From NCBI RefSeq assembly GCF_006345805.1, contig NC_042999.1, forward strand, positions 6,138,001-6,202,000: a stretch of DNA of 64,000 nt, in the 5' to 3' direction. This DNA comes from Octopus sinensis (Eukaryota). Made by a program: the position numbers and the translations under genes. Shown one piece after another: positions 47,955-62,800 of the stretch (within the stretch, counting starts at the first letter, position 1; every line of letters begins with the position of its first letter). Under the pieces are notes generated by a model. The model did no database searches. It had not been told where the DNA came from and saw only the letters and a list, made by a program, of their open reading frames with translations.

Positions 47955-50494
47955 AGTTCAAATTTACAGAAGATGAAGGCAAGTGAGAGAACAACAGGCA
48001 GGTGTATTAGTTTGGTGCTCGGGAAGAATGGAAAAGTCTTTGATGTTTCGATATATTGTAAGGAACTCCAGCTTAAACTTGAGTTTACAAGACTTCATAT
48101 TCACAATTTCAAATGTTAAATGCACTCAACCAGACCATTAATTCCACAATTCTGAAGGTTTCTTCTCAGTAACTTTAGAAGAGAGAGATTGAACTGTTAA
48201 CTATCTCTTCCAACCTCCACCCGCTGCCTCTTGTGTGTGGTTTGTATTTTGTCAGACTACAATGGGTAATGAGAGAAAATTACGAGGGTTATAATAAAGT
48301 GGCCCCTAGAGCTGTGTTGGTGTGTTTATCATCATCGTCATCGTTTAACGTCCGTTTTCCATGCTGGCATGGGTTGGACGGTTCGACTGGGGATCTGGGA
48401 AGCCAGGAAGCTGCACCAGGCTCCAGTCTGATCTGGCAGTGTTTCTACAGCTGGGTGCCCTTCCTAACACCATATGTCCCCGTAATTTAGCAGTTTGGCA
48501 AAAGAACTAATAGAATAAATACTGGGCTTCAAAGAAAATAAAAAAAAAAGGGACTGAAGTCAGTTCATTCGACTAAAGATTCTCCAAGACGGTGCCTCAG
48601 CATGGCCGTAGTTTAATGACTAAAAGATAAGCTCTAAACACTTTTCAAACCTTAATATTCCTTCAAGAAGAAACCTAACAAAGGCCATGTTTTAAAATTT
48701 TTTCAATGACCTGCTTCATGTTATGATTTTTTTTTTTACTTGAATTCTTTCTGTAATTTTTTAGCATTTAAACTGGCCATAGCTGACCAAAATAGTCTAC
48801 TTGTTTTAGGTTCAGACTGGTCAGATCCAGCCTCTCACACCTACCCTGCAATGTCATTCTAACAGTAAACAATTACATCATCGAAATCTCAAAGCTATGA
48901 GATAATGTATGATTAATTCAAAACGATGTAAATAAATAAGGATTACATTTGATAGATTAATTTGAATGCCAAAGGGTTAAAAAACATAAATCTATCCTTG
49001 TTTCACATGAAATTCAATCAAGGAAGAATAATATCAAGATTAAAGGATTTCTTTTTTTTTAAATTTAAAGCCTAAAACTTCATCATTATCCCCATTTTTC
49101 CTTGCTTGTCCCTAAATCATCTCCATTATTTCAATAAACTAAATAACATCTATCCCTTGATCAATTTTTAATGCAGAACCACTTAAAAATCCTTGGCCCC
49201 TCATTAGTTTTTCAGTCCACAAAAGCTCAAACTTTTACCAAGCAACACCTTCAGTTTTTTCTAACTAAGGATGTTGACATGACTACAGAATTAGGTTATC
49301 CTTATTGATTATATTGGAATTGTTGTTACTATTGATTTTGTATTAGTTTTTTAATAACCTGTTCACTTGTACAGAACCCTATGGAATCGTATTGATCTGA
49401 AGTGTTTGTGTTTGGATATTGAAGACTGTATAAAACAGTCAATTGGTTGCCAGGCAACAGCAAGATGGCTGACAGTTTCTGTTGTTTCTGGACCACTTAA
49501 TTCTCAAACGACCCTCAACTCATTAATGGCAATGGGATACTGTAATATTGGATTTTAAGTTTTGGCACAAGTCCAGCAAGTTTAGGGGTGAGAGGGAATC
49601 GATTACATCAACCCCCAGTGCTCCACATATTGTTTTGTTTACTCTGAACGGATGAAAGGCAAAGTCGACCTCTGCGGAATTTGAACTCAGAATGTAAAGA
49701 CACTTTGCCTTGTGTGCTTACAATTCTACAGCCATAACTAGACACAGAAATATTGCCTTAACTTACATAGCATCGGATGTTTGGCTCGTATAAAGTCGAC
49801 TTTCCCACAATATATTGGGGAGTATTAGCTCAATTTTGGGGAGTATCTCCCCTCCACTTCAAGCTGGATAATCTTTTGAGAGAGTGTGATCAGGACCTTA
49901 CCCTCACCTCACTAGCTTGCTTAATGTCCAGACCTGTAAAGCACTGGTGATGGTGCCACATAAAAAGATCACCCAATACACTCTGTAAAGTGTTAGGAAG
50001 GTTATCACGCTGTAGAGACCAAATCAGAAACAGACTATGGAACCTGGCATGGCTCATGGCCTCGCTAGCTCCTGTCAAACCATCCAACCCATATCATCAT
50101 GGAAAATGGGTGTTAAATGATGGGGATGATGACCTCTACAATCGCAGACCAATAAAAGAGCCTCTCAACTCGACCTGTTTGAAATAACAAAATCACCTTC
50201 AAAGCATTCTGTTATTAAAAAAACAAAGGTGCACTTTTGATGCAGTTCTGGATGATCACAGTCTGGTCTGGTCAATCAGAACTGACTGAGGGCTCCACAG
50301 CACCTGATTAAATTGATCCATTAGTTACTTAATGGAGCAATAATCAAGTGATTGTCTAATAGCAAAAACCTGAATGAAACCAGATTTAACAGTATCTAAC
50401 CCTTAAAACGCCCACCTCCCTGACACTACCTTTCGTCCTAAGATATACTCTTCCATTTTTATAATGATTTAAATTAAAACCTTCCTTTTGAAAC

Positions 50495-50722
50495 TTAACC
50501 CTTTCGTTACTGTATTTATTTTGAGATGCTCTGTGTTTCTTTCAATTACTTTAAATATAACAAAGAATTTAGTAAAATAAGTTGGTTATCATTCAGCTAG
50601 TGTTAGGAACATAAATTGTGACTAAGGTTTGGTGGAAGATTTTAATTCAAAACTTATGAAAGCAAGACATTTGTACTCAGCGCCAGAGCTGGTTTCAGCC
50701 GGGTTAGTAACGAAAGGGTTAA
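50495..50722. mobile_element. piggyBac-type MITE, second copy (related relics ~48765-48980, ~60240-60890, ~61380-61460)
   Basis: Same TIRs and TTAA duplication; ~110 bp upstream of the EEF1D acceptor. Confidence 0.85.
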
Positions 50723-50836
50723 TGACAGTTATTTTACTAAATTCTTCCATTATTTTCAAAATTGAAACAGAACCTGTGTATTTCAACAGAAAAGAATTAA
50801 TATTGTTTTATTTTCTGCTCTTTTCTTTCTAGAACA

Positions 50837-50944
50837 ATGTGTTCAGTTACAGCTGGGAGTGTTTGGCTCCAACAGCCCAGATACGAAGCAGCAGAAGCCG
50901 ACTTCCAGTGTTATTTAAACAAATCTAGATCTCCAACCACCCAG
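50837..50944 (+). CDS. EEF1D: EF-1-delta-like first coding exon (MCSVTAGSVWLQQPRYEAAEADFQCYLNKSRSPTTQ)
   Basis: Acceptor ttttctttctag| (exon starts 50833), donor CAG|gtaaga; W..Y..AE..F motif as in human EEF1D (IWFDKFKYDDAERRFY); ends in Q at phase 0. Confidence 0.75.
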
Positions 50945-51330
50945 GTAAGACGTAAAGGTGTTCGTTACCTGTTTGACATCACAAATATTGAATTACTGAA
51001 GCATGAAAGTGTGGTGGTGAAGTTTGGAGATTGTTTCCATTGGATTTAGTAATGAAAGGATTTGAGTAAAGTTTGTCTTTGAATGCTGTTGTTATCTTAG
51101 AGGTGTTGTGCATTAAACTGTTATACTATTATACTAGTTTGTCTTATAGGTGTGTGTGTGTGTAATACTGTAGATATAATCCAAGCTGTGTCCTTTTGAA
51201 GCACATCTTATTCCAATGTAGACATTATATTTGTGTGAGATATACATAAAGGGTTGAAAAATACTGGGAAATATTTTCTGCAGAGTAATTACATATCAAA
51301 ACAGGAGATTGGAAAAGAAATTTGGTATCG

Positions 51331-51495
51331 TTTATTTACCATTACATATGTTTCGATGGCTAATAGGAGCTACAAAATTGTACTTGTGGGAGAAATATGT
51401 CTGAAGAATTTCTAATAGATGTCTTACATGTTTCTCCTACATGTACAATTTTGTAGCTTCTATTAGCTAATGAAACATGTGTAATGGTGAATAAA
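51331..51495. repeat. Inverted repeat, ~70-bp arms, in EEF1D intron
   Basis: TTTATTTACCATTACATATG..GAGAAATATGT / ACATGTTTCTC..GTAATGGTGAATAAA. Confidence 0.85.
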
Positions 51496-54400
51496 TAATG
51501 GCAAAAATTTTTTTATAATCTTTTTTTTTTTTTGATATTTAAAACAGTTATTTGTGTATGGGGTGTCTTAATTATACATGCTATTGTACTAGTTGCTCTC
51601 AGAAATGTCTTGTATATTGTACAATTATACAAGTTTCAGCCAGTGGAATGTTGCTATCATGGGATACCAACATTAAAATAAACTGGTTTGATGCTCAATT
51701 TTTAAAAGAATATTTGGAACTTAAATTAGTAAAAAAATTAAATTGAATATTAATCAGCAAAACTTTCTGCTCTTTTTGTTCTGTGTCTGTTTTTTTTCTC
51801 TCTCTCTTTTTAATGTTTGTTTTTCTCTTATTTTCCTTCTCATCCACCATGACATGCAGTGATGTTGGTTAAAAGTAAATTTCGTTGACAATGCTTGTAA
51901 ACTTGGTTAGGTTGTAGCATGATGTAGTGGCTGCAAGAACTTGGGGTCTGCTACTTCTTTGATAGCAATGGGGTCACATGGACCTGAAAAAGATACTGGG
52001 CAGTGGAAAGCATTGAGGGAACTGGGTTTGATAGGAATGATTGCAATTAATTGGGAGATCTAATGTGTAGATGTGATAGAATAAACTGGTGTAGAACTGA
52101 TGGTAACTGAAGATGTTGGAATCAATTAAATATTGAGAAAATTTGATTTGCATGAAAGTGCATTCTCTAAGCCAGAGGCCCAGTTCTTCCTCAAAGTTGC
52201 ATCTGAAGTTATAGAATTGGAAGAAGTCATTGGGTTCCTGAACTTTGGAGTTGAAATAAATAAATAAAAAAGTGTACCAATTCTGACTTAGAATAAACTG
52301 CAATAGACTATAAACAAATTGTCCATTTTCAGAGATTCTAGTTTGACTGTTTTTGGTACAGAAAAGAAATCCAATTTAAAGGCTTTGAAAGAGGTTCTGT
52401 GAGATGGAATTCATTCTAAGAACAATCTTTAGAGTTGGATTAATTTTCATGTCATTTAAGACATTACCTGCCACAGCTTGTTACTGGGACTTATTGGTGA
52501 CGCTACATGTTTCCAGTCACACTGTATTCTTTTTAATTACAAGGAAACGGAATTGTTTCATATTTTCTCAATATTTTATAATTAAATTTTATAATTAATA
52601 TTTAACTTTCTCGTTATTTAAATAGCCTTGAAACCCTGTCAAAGATACAGAATAAAATATTTTCTCAAATAAGGAAAATGTACCATTTAGTGGTGCATAC
52701 TCTCTTAGCACCGCCTTTAGTCGAGCAAATCGACCCCAGGACTTATTCTTTGTAGATCTAGTACTTATTCTGTCGGTCTCTTTTGCCGAACCGCTAAGTT
52801 ACAAAGATGTAAACACACTAGCATCGGTTGTCAAGTGATGTTGGGGGGACAAACACAGGCACACAAACATATACACACATGTATGTATATATATATATAT
52901 ATTTATATATACACATACACACAATACACACACACACACACACATACACATATATACGACGGGCTTCTTTCAGTTTCCGTCTACTAGATCCACTCACAAG
53001 GCTTTGGTTGGCCCGAGGCTATAGGAGAAGACACTTGCTCAAGGTGCCACGCAGTGGGACTGAACCCAGAATCATGTGGTTCGTAAGCAAACTACTTACC
53101 ACAAAGCCACTCCTACGCATCTAGCATTTGTGTGAAGTTTGTGATGAACCATCGGTTGCACATGTGGTGGTTGACAAATCACTGAAATCTTTTTGTTACT
53201 TTTCAGTCAAATTTTATATTCCAACATTTTTTCTCAAAAATTCAAGGGTTACCTATCTAATTAGGCTTATTTCTGTTAAAATGGATATTTGTTCTGCTAC
53301 TTTAGGTATCTTGGGTGTATTTTAGATCATTTCAACTAATAAACAAATCTTCCAGACTTTCTTGGTTTTTGATAGTTTCTGTTCTTCAGATTCATTTATT
53401 TTTAGCATCTTAATAAGAACAACTTCTTTCTTAGTGTCGTCTTATGATTAATTAATTGATTGTAACTTCAATAAATAAGCTAAAAGGCCACAGGTTAGGG
53501 TGCTAAAAATTAGCCTGATCGTTCCACATTGGCCATGTTGTGTGCTTTTAATTAATAAAAGAAATATTAGCCTAATTACAAATAGAAGGGTCTGAGGTCA
53601 ATGGTCTCATGAATTGAGGAGTTGAAGTTTTTTATCCTGACTTCACAGTCCTTCCTGAATCCCTGAGGTGCCTCTGCCATTTCTCTATCATTGATTTTTT
53701 TTCTCTTTTCATGAAGCATGGATTCATTTTACACAGTTATTTCTTTATCTTTTATTTGAGGAGAGCTCAGAAAGGTTACAAGTATTTCCTTGTTTCAAAT
53801 AAAATTATCCAAAAATCTTTTAATGTTAAATTGTGTTTGTTTGCATGTACACATCACTCCAGTTTAGAAAATCAGTCTATACCAAATAGTATTGTATTCC
53901 ATATTTACCAAACTTATTTCTTGCAATTTGAAGGCCTTCATCAAAGTTCATCTTTCTAGTTTTAATAGCAAAAATAATTAATATTTCAAATTCAATTTTT
54001 AAGCCTTTTGATACCAACCTGATTGGTTCTGTGATACAAACTTCGTTTAAAGTGATCTAATTTAAAAACTGTCAATCATGTTAATTTATGTTCCAAACGC
54101 TAACATAATTAACTGTCAAGATATTTTACTGAATTCTTCATTATTTAAAAAATTAATTGAAGTGTATTTCAAAAAAAATATTTAAAAAAAAAAACAGTTG
54201 ATCAAAACTTAATTGGGATTTCTATAATTTGTTAGTAATTAATCTAGCAGGCCAATAAGGTGTTGATATTCGTTCCAAGAACAGCAGAAAGCTGGCAGAA
54301 CCATTAGCACGCCGGTAAAAATGGTTAGCAGCATTTTGTCTGTCTTTAGGTTCTGAGTTCAAATTCCTCCAAGGTTGACTTTGCCTTTCATCCTTTTGGG

Positions 54401-55869
54401 GGTTTGATAAAACAAGTACCAGCTGAACACTGGGGGTTGATTTAATCGGCTTAGCTGCGTCCCCCAAAGTTGCTGACCTTCTAAAAATTGAATCCATTTA
54501 TTCAAAGAAATGTTCTTGATCCAAGGGAACCGATATTCAACTTTGGATTACTGACACCAAAATCTTCAATAACACTAATAAAATCCTCCTCCTCCCCCAC
54601 CCTCTCTCTTTTTCTTCAGGTTTTTGTCGCATGATCCCAAAGTTTAGTTTTTGATTTTTTTCAGAATTTTTGTTGGGTTTTTTTTTTTTGCTTTTTGTTT
54701 TGCATGTGTTTTTCTTTTGTTTGTGGAGTAATTCTTTTTATTGTCTTCAACTTTTTTTTTTTTTTTTTTTTTTTACCTTTATAGAAGTTTTTAAATTAGA
54801 ATTTTCTATTCTTTTGTTTTACTTCCCCCTGCAATTTAAAGAGTAACCACTTCTGGTCTGGAAGGAATAGATCCTGGTTATTTTGGCACCAGTTACAGCA
54901 AATTGAAATATCACTGTATATTGATAGATTTCTCAGACAGCTGCCAATTTCGGTGGTTTTAGCTACTTTAGACAATAACTTTTCCAGTTCTGAGGTTTGA
55001 CCTCAGCTGGTTCCAGCCAGCGGCATCCAAAATTGGTCTTGTATTAAGAATTAATAGACAAGACCTTTGGCCTTTGGCAACTGAAAAATTGTCTGTGATA
55101 ATAGTGGTGACAATTTTGTGGAATCCTCAAAGATTGTAGGAGACGTTGTTACAGTCCTCTTAATAGAGATTCTAGCTCTATCAAGCTTACGCAAGGATTG
55201 CTGATGCTAACTTAAACCAAAGAACTGCTTCTATAATCCAAAGAAGCTGGTGCCAACAGGCTCTACATCAGTTCTACACAATATGAACTCAATACTAAAA
55301 TTCTAAAGATTTAAATTGGCCAAAAATCGGTTGAGATTCAAATACTTTGGAACCAATTACCTTTTGAAGGAATGAAGTCCAATGGTTTGGACCTGTAATT
55401 TGCACATCCCCACCCCTAGTCCTAGACACAATTTTTTTTTTTTTTTTTCCTTTCAAAATGTTGACGAATGTGATGGCTGAGTGGTTAGGTACATCTCTCC
55501 AAACTGAGAGGTTTTATGTTCAAATCTTGATGTCAGTATTCTATCAACAGGCCACTGGATTCTTTGTCTTCATCTAATCTCTTCCAAGTCCAAAGTTGTG
55601 AAGTTGGTTTTATGCTAGGTATCCATATATATAAAAGACTTTTTTCTTTGAGTGTAGGTGTGTGTGTGTGGGGGGGGGGGGCAGTAAAGATTGATTGAAT
55701 CATGTTTTTGCTTTTTTTCAATTGACTCTGAAATCCCTAAATTATAATTTTAGCATATGTGTGTGTGTGTGTATGTTTGTATATATGCAATAAGGCAACG
55801 GATCATCAGGAAATCACTGCTGAGATGTTTAAAATGTCTGGCAGGGTAGGATATAACCTAATTAATTAC

Positions 55870-56370
55870 CTGTATAGTTAATCAGGTTGTCCAGGAAGTT
55901 GTCTCAGCCAACAGCTGGTGTAGCAGCATTATAGTCAAGTGTTACCAAGGTAAAGGAGATTCCTCAGAAGTAATTATAGAGGCATCACATTGCTGGACCA
56001 GATGTGATGAAAGTTGCAGAAAGGGTCATACGTCAATGAATTAGGAAGAAAGTTAACCTAAATGAGATACAGCTAAGTTTTTTGTCCAGGAGAAGAACTA
56101 CTACTGCTGCTGTTGCTACCTTCTTAGTAAGGCAACTGCAGGAGAAGTATTTAGCCAAAAATAAACTGTTGTACTTAGTATTTGTCATCATGGTGGCAGC
56201 CTTTAACTGGGTGCTTTGCTTTCTCATCAGGTGGTCTCTGCGGAAACCAGGGTTAGGTACATTGTTTGTGTTAGCCATACAAGCCATGTACGTGGGTGAT
56301 GTCAGGAAGGTAAGAGTTAACTCCTGAGATGGTGTTGAATTCAATGTAGACGAAAGAGTTCAACAGGTAA
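55870..56370 (+). mobile_element. Decayed RTE-clade RT fragment in EEF1D intron
   Basis: FLVRQLQEKYLAKNK..WSLRK..AIQAMY. Confidence 0.75.
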
Positions 56371-59300
56371 TCGGCTTACCTGTTCCCTTGAAATTGCTGG
56401 CCTGGCACCAGAATTTAAAACCAATATTTATTGAGAGCAGTGATGTGTAAAACTTGACTCCATTCACTCCAATGTACAGTACAGTCTGGTTATAAGGCAT
56501 GTAACTAGAAGGCTCTCCATTGATGGTCCAAAACCCTAACAACTTGTCCATCCAGGTGGTGGTCATTTATTTAACTGGTTCTTTACTTTTTGAGTGAAAT
56601 TGCAATTGTGGCAGATACGGGTGTCACGCAATTGGCACCCGTGTCGGTGGCACATGAAAGCACCCATTATACTCTTGGACTGGTTAGTGTTAGGAAGGGC
56701 ATCCAGCTGTAGAAAACCATACTAAATCAGACTGGAGTCTGGTGCAACCTTTCAGCGTGCCAGCCCCGTCCAAGCCATGACAACATGGACAACAGACATT
56801 AAATGATGTGTATGTGTGTGTGTGTGTGTGTGTTTGTAATGGTTAGATTTAGGTTTTTATGTTCTCCAGCCATTCCTACATACTACCCTGGGTGTCAAAG
56901 TAAGAGATTTTTCATGTTTTGGAGTAATTTGTTTTTTTACAACTAGATCTCCACCCTACTGAGTTGAACCTGTTTGTTGACCAGACAGGCTGATATAAGC
57001 AGAGTTACGTACCTTGCCCAGACACTATACAATGGCTGTAGTTTCAAAGTTTGAACTTCTGTCCTTGTGGTAAGTAGTCAGCACTTTAATACCACAGCCA
57101 GAGGTCTTCATTTAAAATTTTTTTTCTGCTTTTTTTTCTCTGGAACTATTTTCATCAAATTCCTCACAGTTTCCAGCTAAATTTAGAAAATCTGTCTTTT
57201 TTGGAGCTAATTCTGCTTTATAGGTTTCTTTTTAAAAATATTTTTTCATGGCTCATCTCTTTCTTTCATAAACTGCTTTATGGAGAAATTTGAATCATAA
57301 TTATTTATGATAACTTCTTTAACAAATACAATAATTTGGAAAGCTGACTAAACTATTTTCTTCAAATACTATTGCAGTTTGTTGATGCTACCATCATAAA
57401 ACCTGGATTACTGATCTCAAAACCGCTTTAATACATCAGAAATTAAAGTATATTTTATGAAAAGAAGTTAATGTGAATAATATATTAAATTGTGTTAATA
57501 GATGTATATTGTCTTACTATTGTGCTTCTACATTTGAGATCAGGCATGCCTTCTGTAATGTCTTGAACACCATTCTATGCTTTCTCTAGCTTATTAGTAT
57601 GCATGGGTGTTTAAATTATTCTTTCGTAGTATCTCTTGTTTTGGTAAGTTATATTGTCTCCTATATTCCTTGTTTAGTCTTGCTTTCTCCTTTCTACAAT
57701 ATCTTTTTGATATCTGGTACCCATAGCTAGCTGGCAATGCTTGTCTTTTACCCACTTTCAAAAAACTAAGATGCTACAGTTATTGGCTATCGCAAGAAAT
57801 TTGAAATAATAAAAGTGAAATCCAAAATTCTTGGTGAGTCTGTTAGAATTAGTCATTAGAAGGAATTGTGTTAAGAAAACTGGCTGAAATTATACATGAC
57901 TGAAAAAATGAAAATTTTTCTGAAGTCAGATATAAAACTTGTAGAAAATTTCTGCGGCTCAACTGTAGATATTTGTGTCAACTTCCTATCTTTTGGCCCT
58001 ATGTGGCTAATAAAGAAATGTCTTTTGCCTAACAATTCTAAGATGAACTCAGTATTCTGTGACTATTCTTTCTCTTTCTATCCCTATCTCTCTCAACTAT
58101 TTAGCCTGATCCAAGCTTTATTCAACCTGACTCAAACTTTATAATAATCTTTAATTTCAACTTGGTAAAAAGTTTGTGTTTCCCTGCCGTCCCCTGCTTT
58201 ATCCGCTTCTAACTGTTGTCTTGCTTCCTCTGTTGTGGTCAGATGTCTTCATAATTTAGAGTCAAACCCAGATTAATAATCTCTGTTACAACTAAATACT
58301 CCAGAGATAAACGAAAATTTTAACTAATTATAATAGTCTTTTGAAACTCATCCTGTCAACAAGCCCCTTACTAAAAAAAATATATATATATATATATATA
58401 TATATAGGTATGTATCTTGTAAAATCAATCAGTTTTAAAGTGATGAAAATTTTCCCAATCATGGCATCGAAAGACCTGTGATTTGTTTTTGAGTTCTCTT
58501 TGGCAGTTCTATGAGAGACCCATTTAAAGCAAATGGCGCAGATCTACTAACAAGGCAAAAAATTAATAATAATAATAACAATCATTTCTGCTATAATCAC
58601 AAGCCTGAAACTTTGGGGAAGGGGACTGGTTGATTGCATCGACCCCAGTGTATAACTGGTACTTAATTTACTGAACCAGAAAGGATGAAAGGCAAACCCA
58701 ACCTCGGTGAAATTCAAACTCAAAATGTAAAATGCTGAAATCTGTTACTAAACATTTTGTGCAGCTAAAGGACAAAACGAATTAAAATTTTGTGGTCTGT
58801 GAATCAGTGTTTAGAATTTTTTAGTGCAAACCTAGCTTTTACTTAAAATATCTTAAAGTTAGGAAAGGCCTCTAGCTATAGAAACCATACCAAAGCTGAC
58901 ATTGGAGCTCAAAACATCCCTCTGGCTCTTTGGATCCTGTCAAATGATCCAGCCAATGCCAGCATGAAAGATGGACATTAAATGAGAATGAATATTTGAA
59001 ATGGCAAGCTAGACTTTGAGACTTAGCTCTGGAATGGTTCTATGATAGCTGTAGAATGGAATTGGTACCTATTTATGATTGAAAGACACAACGGCATTCA
59101 CAAAGTTGTATTTAATTCGAGTCTTGACATCTGTTCTTATGTAATGTTAACTCAAATAGGTTTTCTCAAAAGCTCAGAAGGATCCCCAGTTGTTTAATGT
59201 CCGCTTTTCATGCTGACATGGGTTAGACAGTTTGACTGAGGACTGGCAAGCCAGAAGGCTGCACCAGGCCCCAATCTGATCTGGCAGTGTTTCTACAGCT

Positions 59301-59649
59301 GGATGCCCTTCCTAACACCAACCACTCTGAGAGTGTAGTGGGTGCTTTTTACATGTCATGGCATGGGAGCCAGTCAGGCGGCACTGGCAACGACCACACT
59401 CAAATGGCACTTTTTACGTGCCACCGGCACGGGAGCCAGTCAGGCAGCGCTGACAATGACCATGCTTGAGTGGTGCTTTTTATGTGCCACTGGCATGGGA
59501 ACCAGTCAGGTGGCCCTGACATTGATCACGTTTGGATGGTGCTTTTTATGTGCCACCAGCATGGAAGCCAGTCAAGCAGCACTGGCAACGACCACACTCA
59601 AATGGTGTTTTTTACATGCCACCTGCACGGGACTAGGGGTTGTAGATAA

Positions 59650-59750
59650 GTTTATTTAGGTGACCAAATTAACAATGGAAGAGGATATTCTGAGAGTGTG
59701 GTTGCTAGAGTAAGAATAGGATGGAAAAAATTCAGAGAGTTATTGCCTCA
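59650..59750 (+). mobile_element. Short RTE fragment
   Basis: YLGDQINNGRGYSESVVARVRIGWKKFRELLP, homologous to 23150-23240. Confidence 0.65.
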
Positions 59751-60604
59751 AGTTTCAACACAAATTATTCCGGCTTTAAATCTTGAATTTTTAACCAAAG
59801 ATTTTTGAGAGGATAAGAGATTTTGCATCTGTATCTTTCTTCCTTCCTCAGTATGACATTTGAGCAACTTAAAAATCCATTTTAAGTTTATTAGAATATG
59901 ACAATTTTCACTCTTCATGGACTCCACCTTGCTGGGGTTTATGAAGATTCAAAATTGTCTTCTGAGAAACATTTCAGACAAAGCCTCAGGACCCTTAATC
60001 ATTTCTCCTTTGTTTATTTTGCTTATATTCAAGACACAAACCCTCGTTGTCTTTTATCCTCTCTTTTTTTACCTTTCGTTATTTACAAGACACAGCCTCA
60101 ACACCTGTAATTATCTCTCCTTTGATCATTTTCATTGCCAGGCAATTATATATTTCATTATTTCTACTTGTACACTTGGCTGTATAAATATAACTCTTGG
60201 GTGAAAAAAAACTTCCAACAAATAAATTCTTTCAGCTGTTGTTTAACCAGTTTTCACCATATTTCTGTAGACATACACCTTTTTTGTTTCAGTTAGTTTT
60301 GAAAATAATGGAAAATTTAGTAAAATAAGTTGATCTAATGACAAAATAATTTCACTGGCGTTTGGAACATAAATTTATATGAAATTTTATGGGAAGGTTT
60401 TGAGTTACTCTTTTACTCTTTTACCTGTTTCAGTCATTTGACTGCGGCTATGCTGGAGCACCGCTTTTAGTCGAGCAAATCAACCCTGGGACTTATTCTT
60501 TGTAAGCCCAATACTTATTCTATCGGTCTCTTTTGCCAAACCGCTAAGTGACGGAGACATAAACACACCAGCATCGGTTGTCAAGCAATGCTAGGGGGAC
60601 AAAC

Positions 60605-60635
<31 letters not shown>

Positions 60636-62288
60636 CATATATACGACAGGCTTCTTTCAGTTTCCGTCTATCAAATCCACTCACAAGGCATTGGTCGGCC
60701 CGGGGCTATAGCAGAAGACACTTGCCCAAGATCCCACGCAGTGGGACTGAACCCGGAACCATGTGGTTGGTTAGCAAGCTACTTACCACACAGCCACTCC
60801 TGCGCCTAAGTTAGTTCACTTTAAAGCAAGAAGTTTGTATCATAGAACCTAGAGAAGTTAGGGATGGGTTAGCATCAAAGGGGTTAATGTTGAAGAACAC
60901 CAGTTCCTCTCATTTTAAGAGATGACAAAATATTTACCCTTGGTTCTAGTTCTGATTTATTATCAATTATTTTTACACAGAATCAAATCGAAATCGATCC
61001 ACATCAATGGAATTTGTAGTTTTGTGGTACCAGTGCCGGTGGCACATAAGAGAACCTTCCGAATGTGGTTGTAGCCAGCACCGCATTGACTGGCCTCCGT
61101 GCTGGTGGCACGTAACAAACACCATCCGAGCGAGGCCGTCGCCAGCCTCGTCTGGCACCTGTGTCGGTGGCACATAAAAAGCACCCACTACACTCACGGA
61201 GTGGTTGGCGTTAGGAAAGGCATCCAGCTGTAGAAACTCTGCCAGATCAAGACTGGAGCCTCATGCAGCCATCTGGTTCACCAGTTCTCAGTCAAATCGT
61301 CCAACCCATGCTAGCATGGAAAGCAGACGTTAAACAATAATGATGATTGTTATTTTTAGAATGATATTGTCGGATAGGTGCAAGAGGTCAGATCTGGCGT
61401 CAGTTTGAACATAAAACAATATTTTGGTTCAATGTAGCTGGTCAGAAATGCTAAGGGATTAAAGTTATTGCTTTCCAAGACCTGTTCAGTCCATGCCTTT
61501 TTTTTTAACATCGAATGGATGTGGGGGTTCATCCGAATAAAATAAGAATTGAAGGAAGATGGTTGAGAGTAATTTCATATTTGCAGCTGAAAGTTTGTGT
61601 TAAAAATAAAGATTGTATGTTTGAAATTAATCTAAGAATATCTGTATATTTAGGAATGGGTAAGTTGAAGGCGACATCTTCAGTGGCTTGATTCCAAAAT
61701 GAACTCTCTAGAAATGAGAAAGATGTTCATAGTCTGGTAATTTCAAAACTCCTTAAGGGAAATATTTTTGTCCATGTAATCTGATTAACGATATAATGGT
61801 AATTGTCAATGTCTTCGTTACTGGATATGATGAGTGATTTGGTATCAGTTTTTAATTTTGTATGAAGTTGATAACAGCTTTTTATTCTTCTAATGTAAAT
61901 TTAGGGGTCACTGATGAAAGGGTGTTCAATAAGTTTACAACATAATAGAAAATATAGTTTTCTATGAGAAATAATTGGAGTTGCAGAGTTTAATAATTCA
62001 TAAAAAGCAACATTTTCTTTCTTTCTTACAACTGCTGGCATATTTGGAAAACGGTCACATGTAAAATTAGACTCTATGAGAGTGTGTGTGTGTGTGTGTA
62101 ATGTCCAGTGCTTAACTAGTTGGTACTTCTTGAACTGAAAAAGAATGGTCAGATATAAGTGGTCAAGATAAACATTTTCTGTTCTTGTAAAGGTTGTAAA
62201 AGTCAAGAGTACCAAAAAAGTCCGTCATAAATGGAGCAGTACTTGGGATCTTACGATTCCATCAATGGTCAATCTATACAAACTTGTC

Positions 62289-62324
<36 letters not shown>

Positions 62325-62521
62325 CACCCATTGACCAAAAATATATGTTGAAGTCATATAAACTTGAAAATAATTAAGATTATGCCAGTATTGGTCAAAG
62401 GTTACAAAAGCTGTTTTGGAAAGAAAAAGTAGCCTGATTAGAACCTGCAACCGATGGACTTGTTTGGAATAATTACGTTTAAAACTTAGTTGAATATATG
62501 TTGTGTACGAGGTTGCATCAC

Positions 62522-62800
62522 ATAATAATAATAATAATAATGAAATTATTGTATACAGTGCTCAGGTGCACCACAACTTGTTCAAAAGTGCATATAAAGC
62601 ATATGCATTAATGTACAAATGTCTGGAAAGCGAACAGTGTATGAGTCAGATACATGCTTGTGTGTGTATGGAGGGGAGAAAATCAAGTGTAGTGTTGGCG
62701 AATCTCAGAAAGCATGGAAGTTTTGAAGGATGCAGTGCTCCGACAACTAACAACTGATGCTGGCAGTTTGTTCCATGCTTCAGCAACTCTCAGCGTGAAG
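62522..62800 (-). mobile_element. 3' fragment of the same CR1 family
   Basis: Reverse complement matches the ORF2 end (LRVAEAWNKLPASVV) and the GTTGTGGTGCACCTGAGCACTGTA tail of the 11.3-kb copy. Confidence 0.85.

Noticed and set aside
53138-53192. Box C/D snoRNA-like motifs in the EEF1D intron (also near 61826)
   Set aside because: Too short or no terminal stem, and no recognisable guide sequence
54990-55300. Coding-looking stretch in the EEF1D intron
   Set aside because: Stops in all frames and no recognisable family
55468-55545. tRNA-like A and B boxes
   Set aside because: No cloverleaf; a decayed SINE head. No true tRNA gene was found in the window
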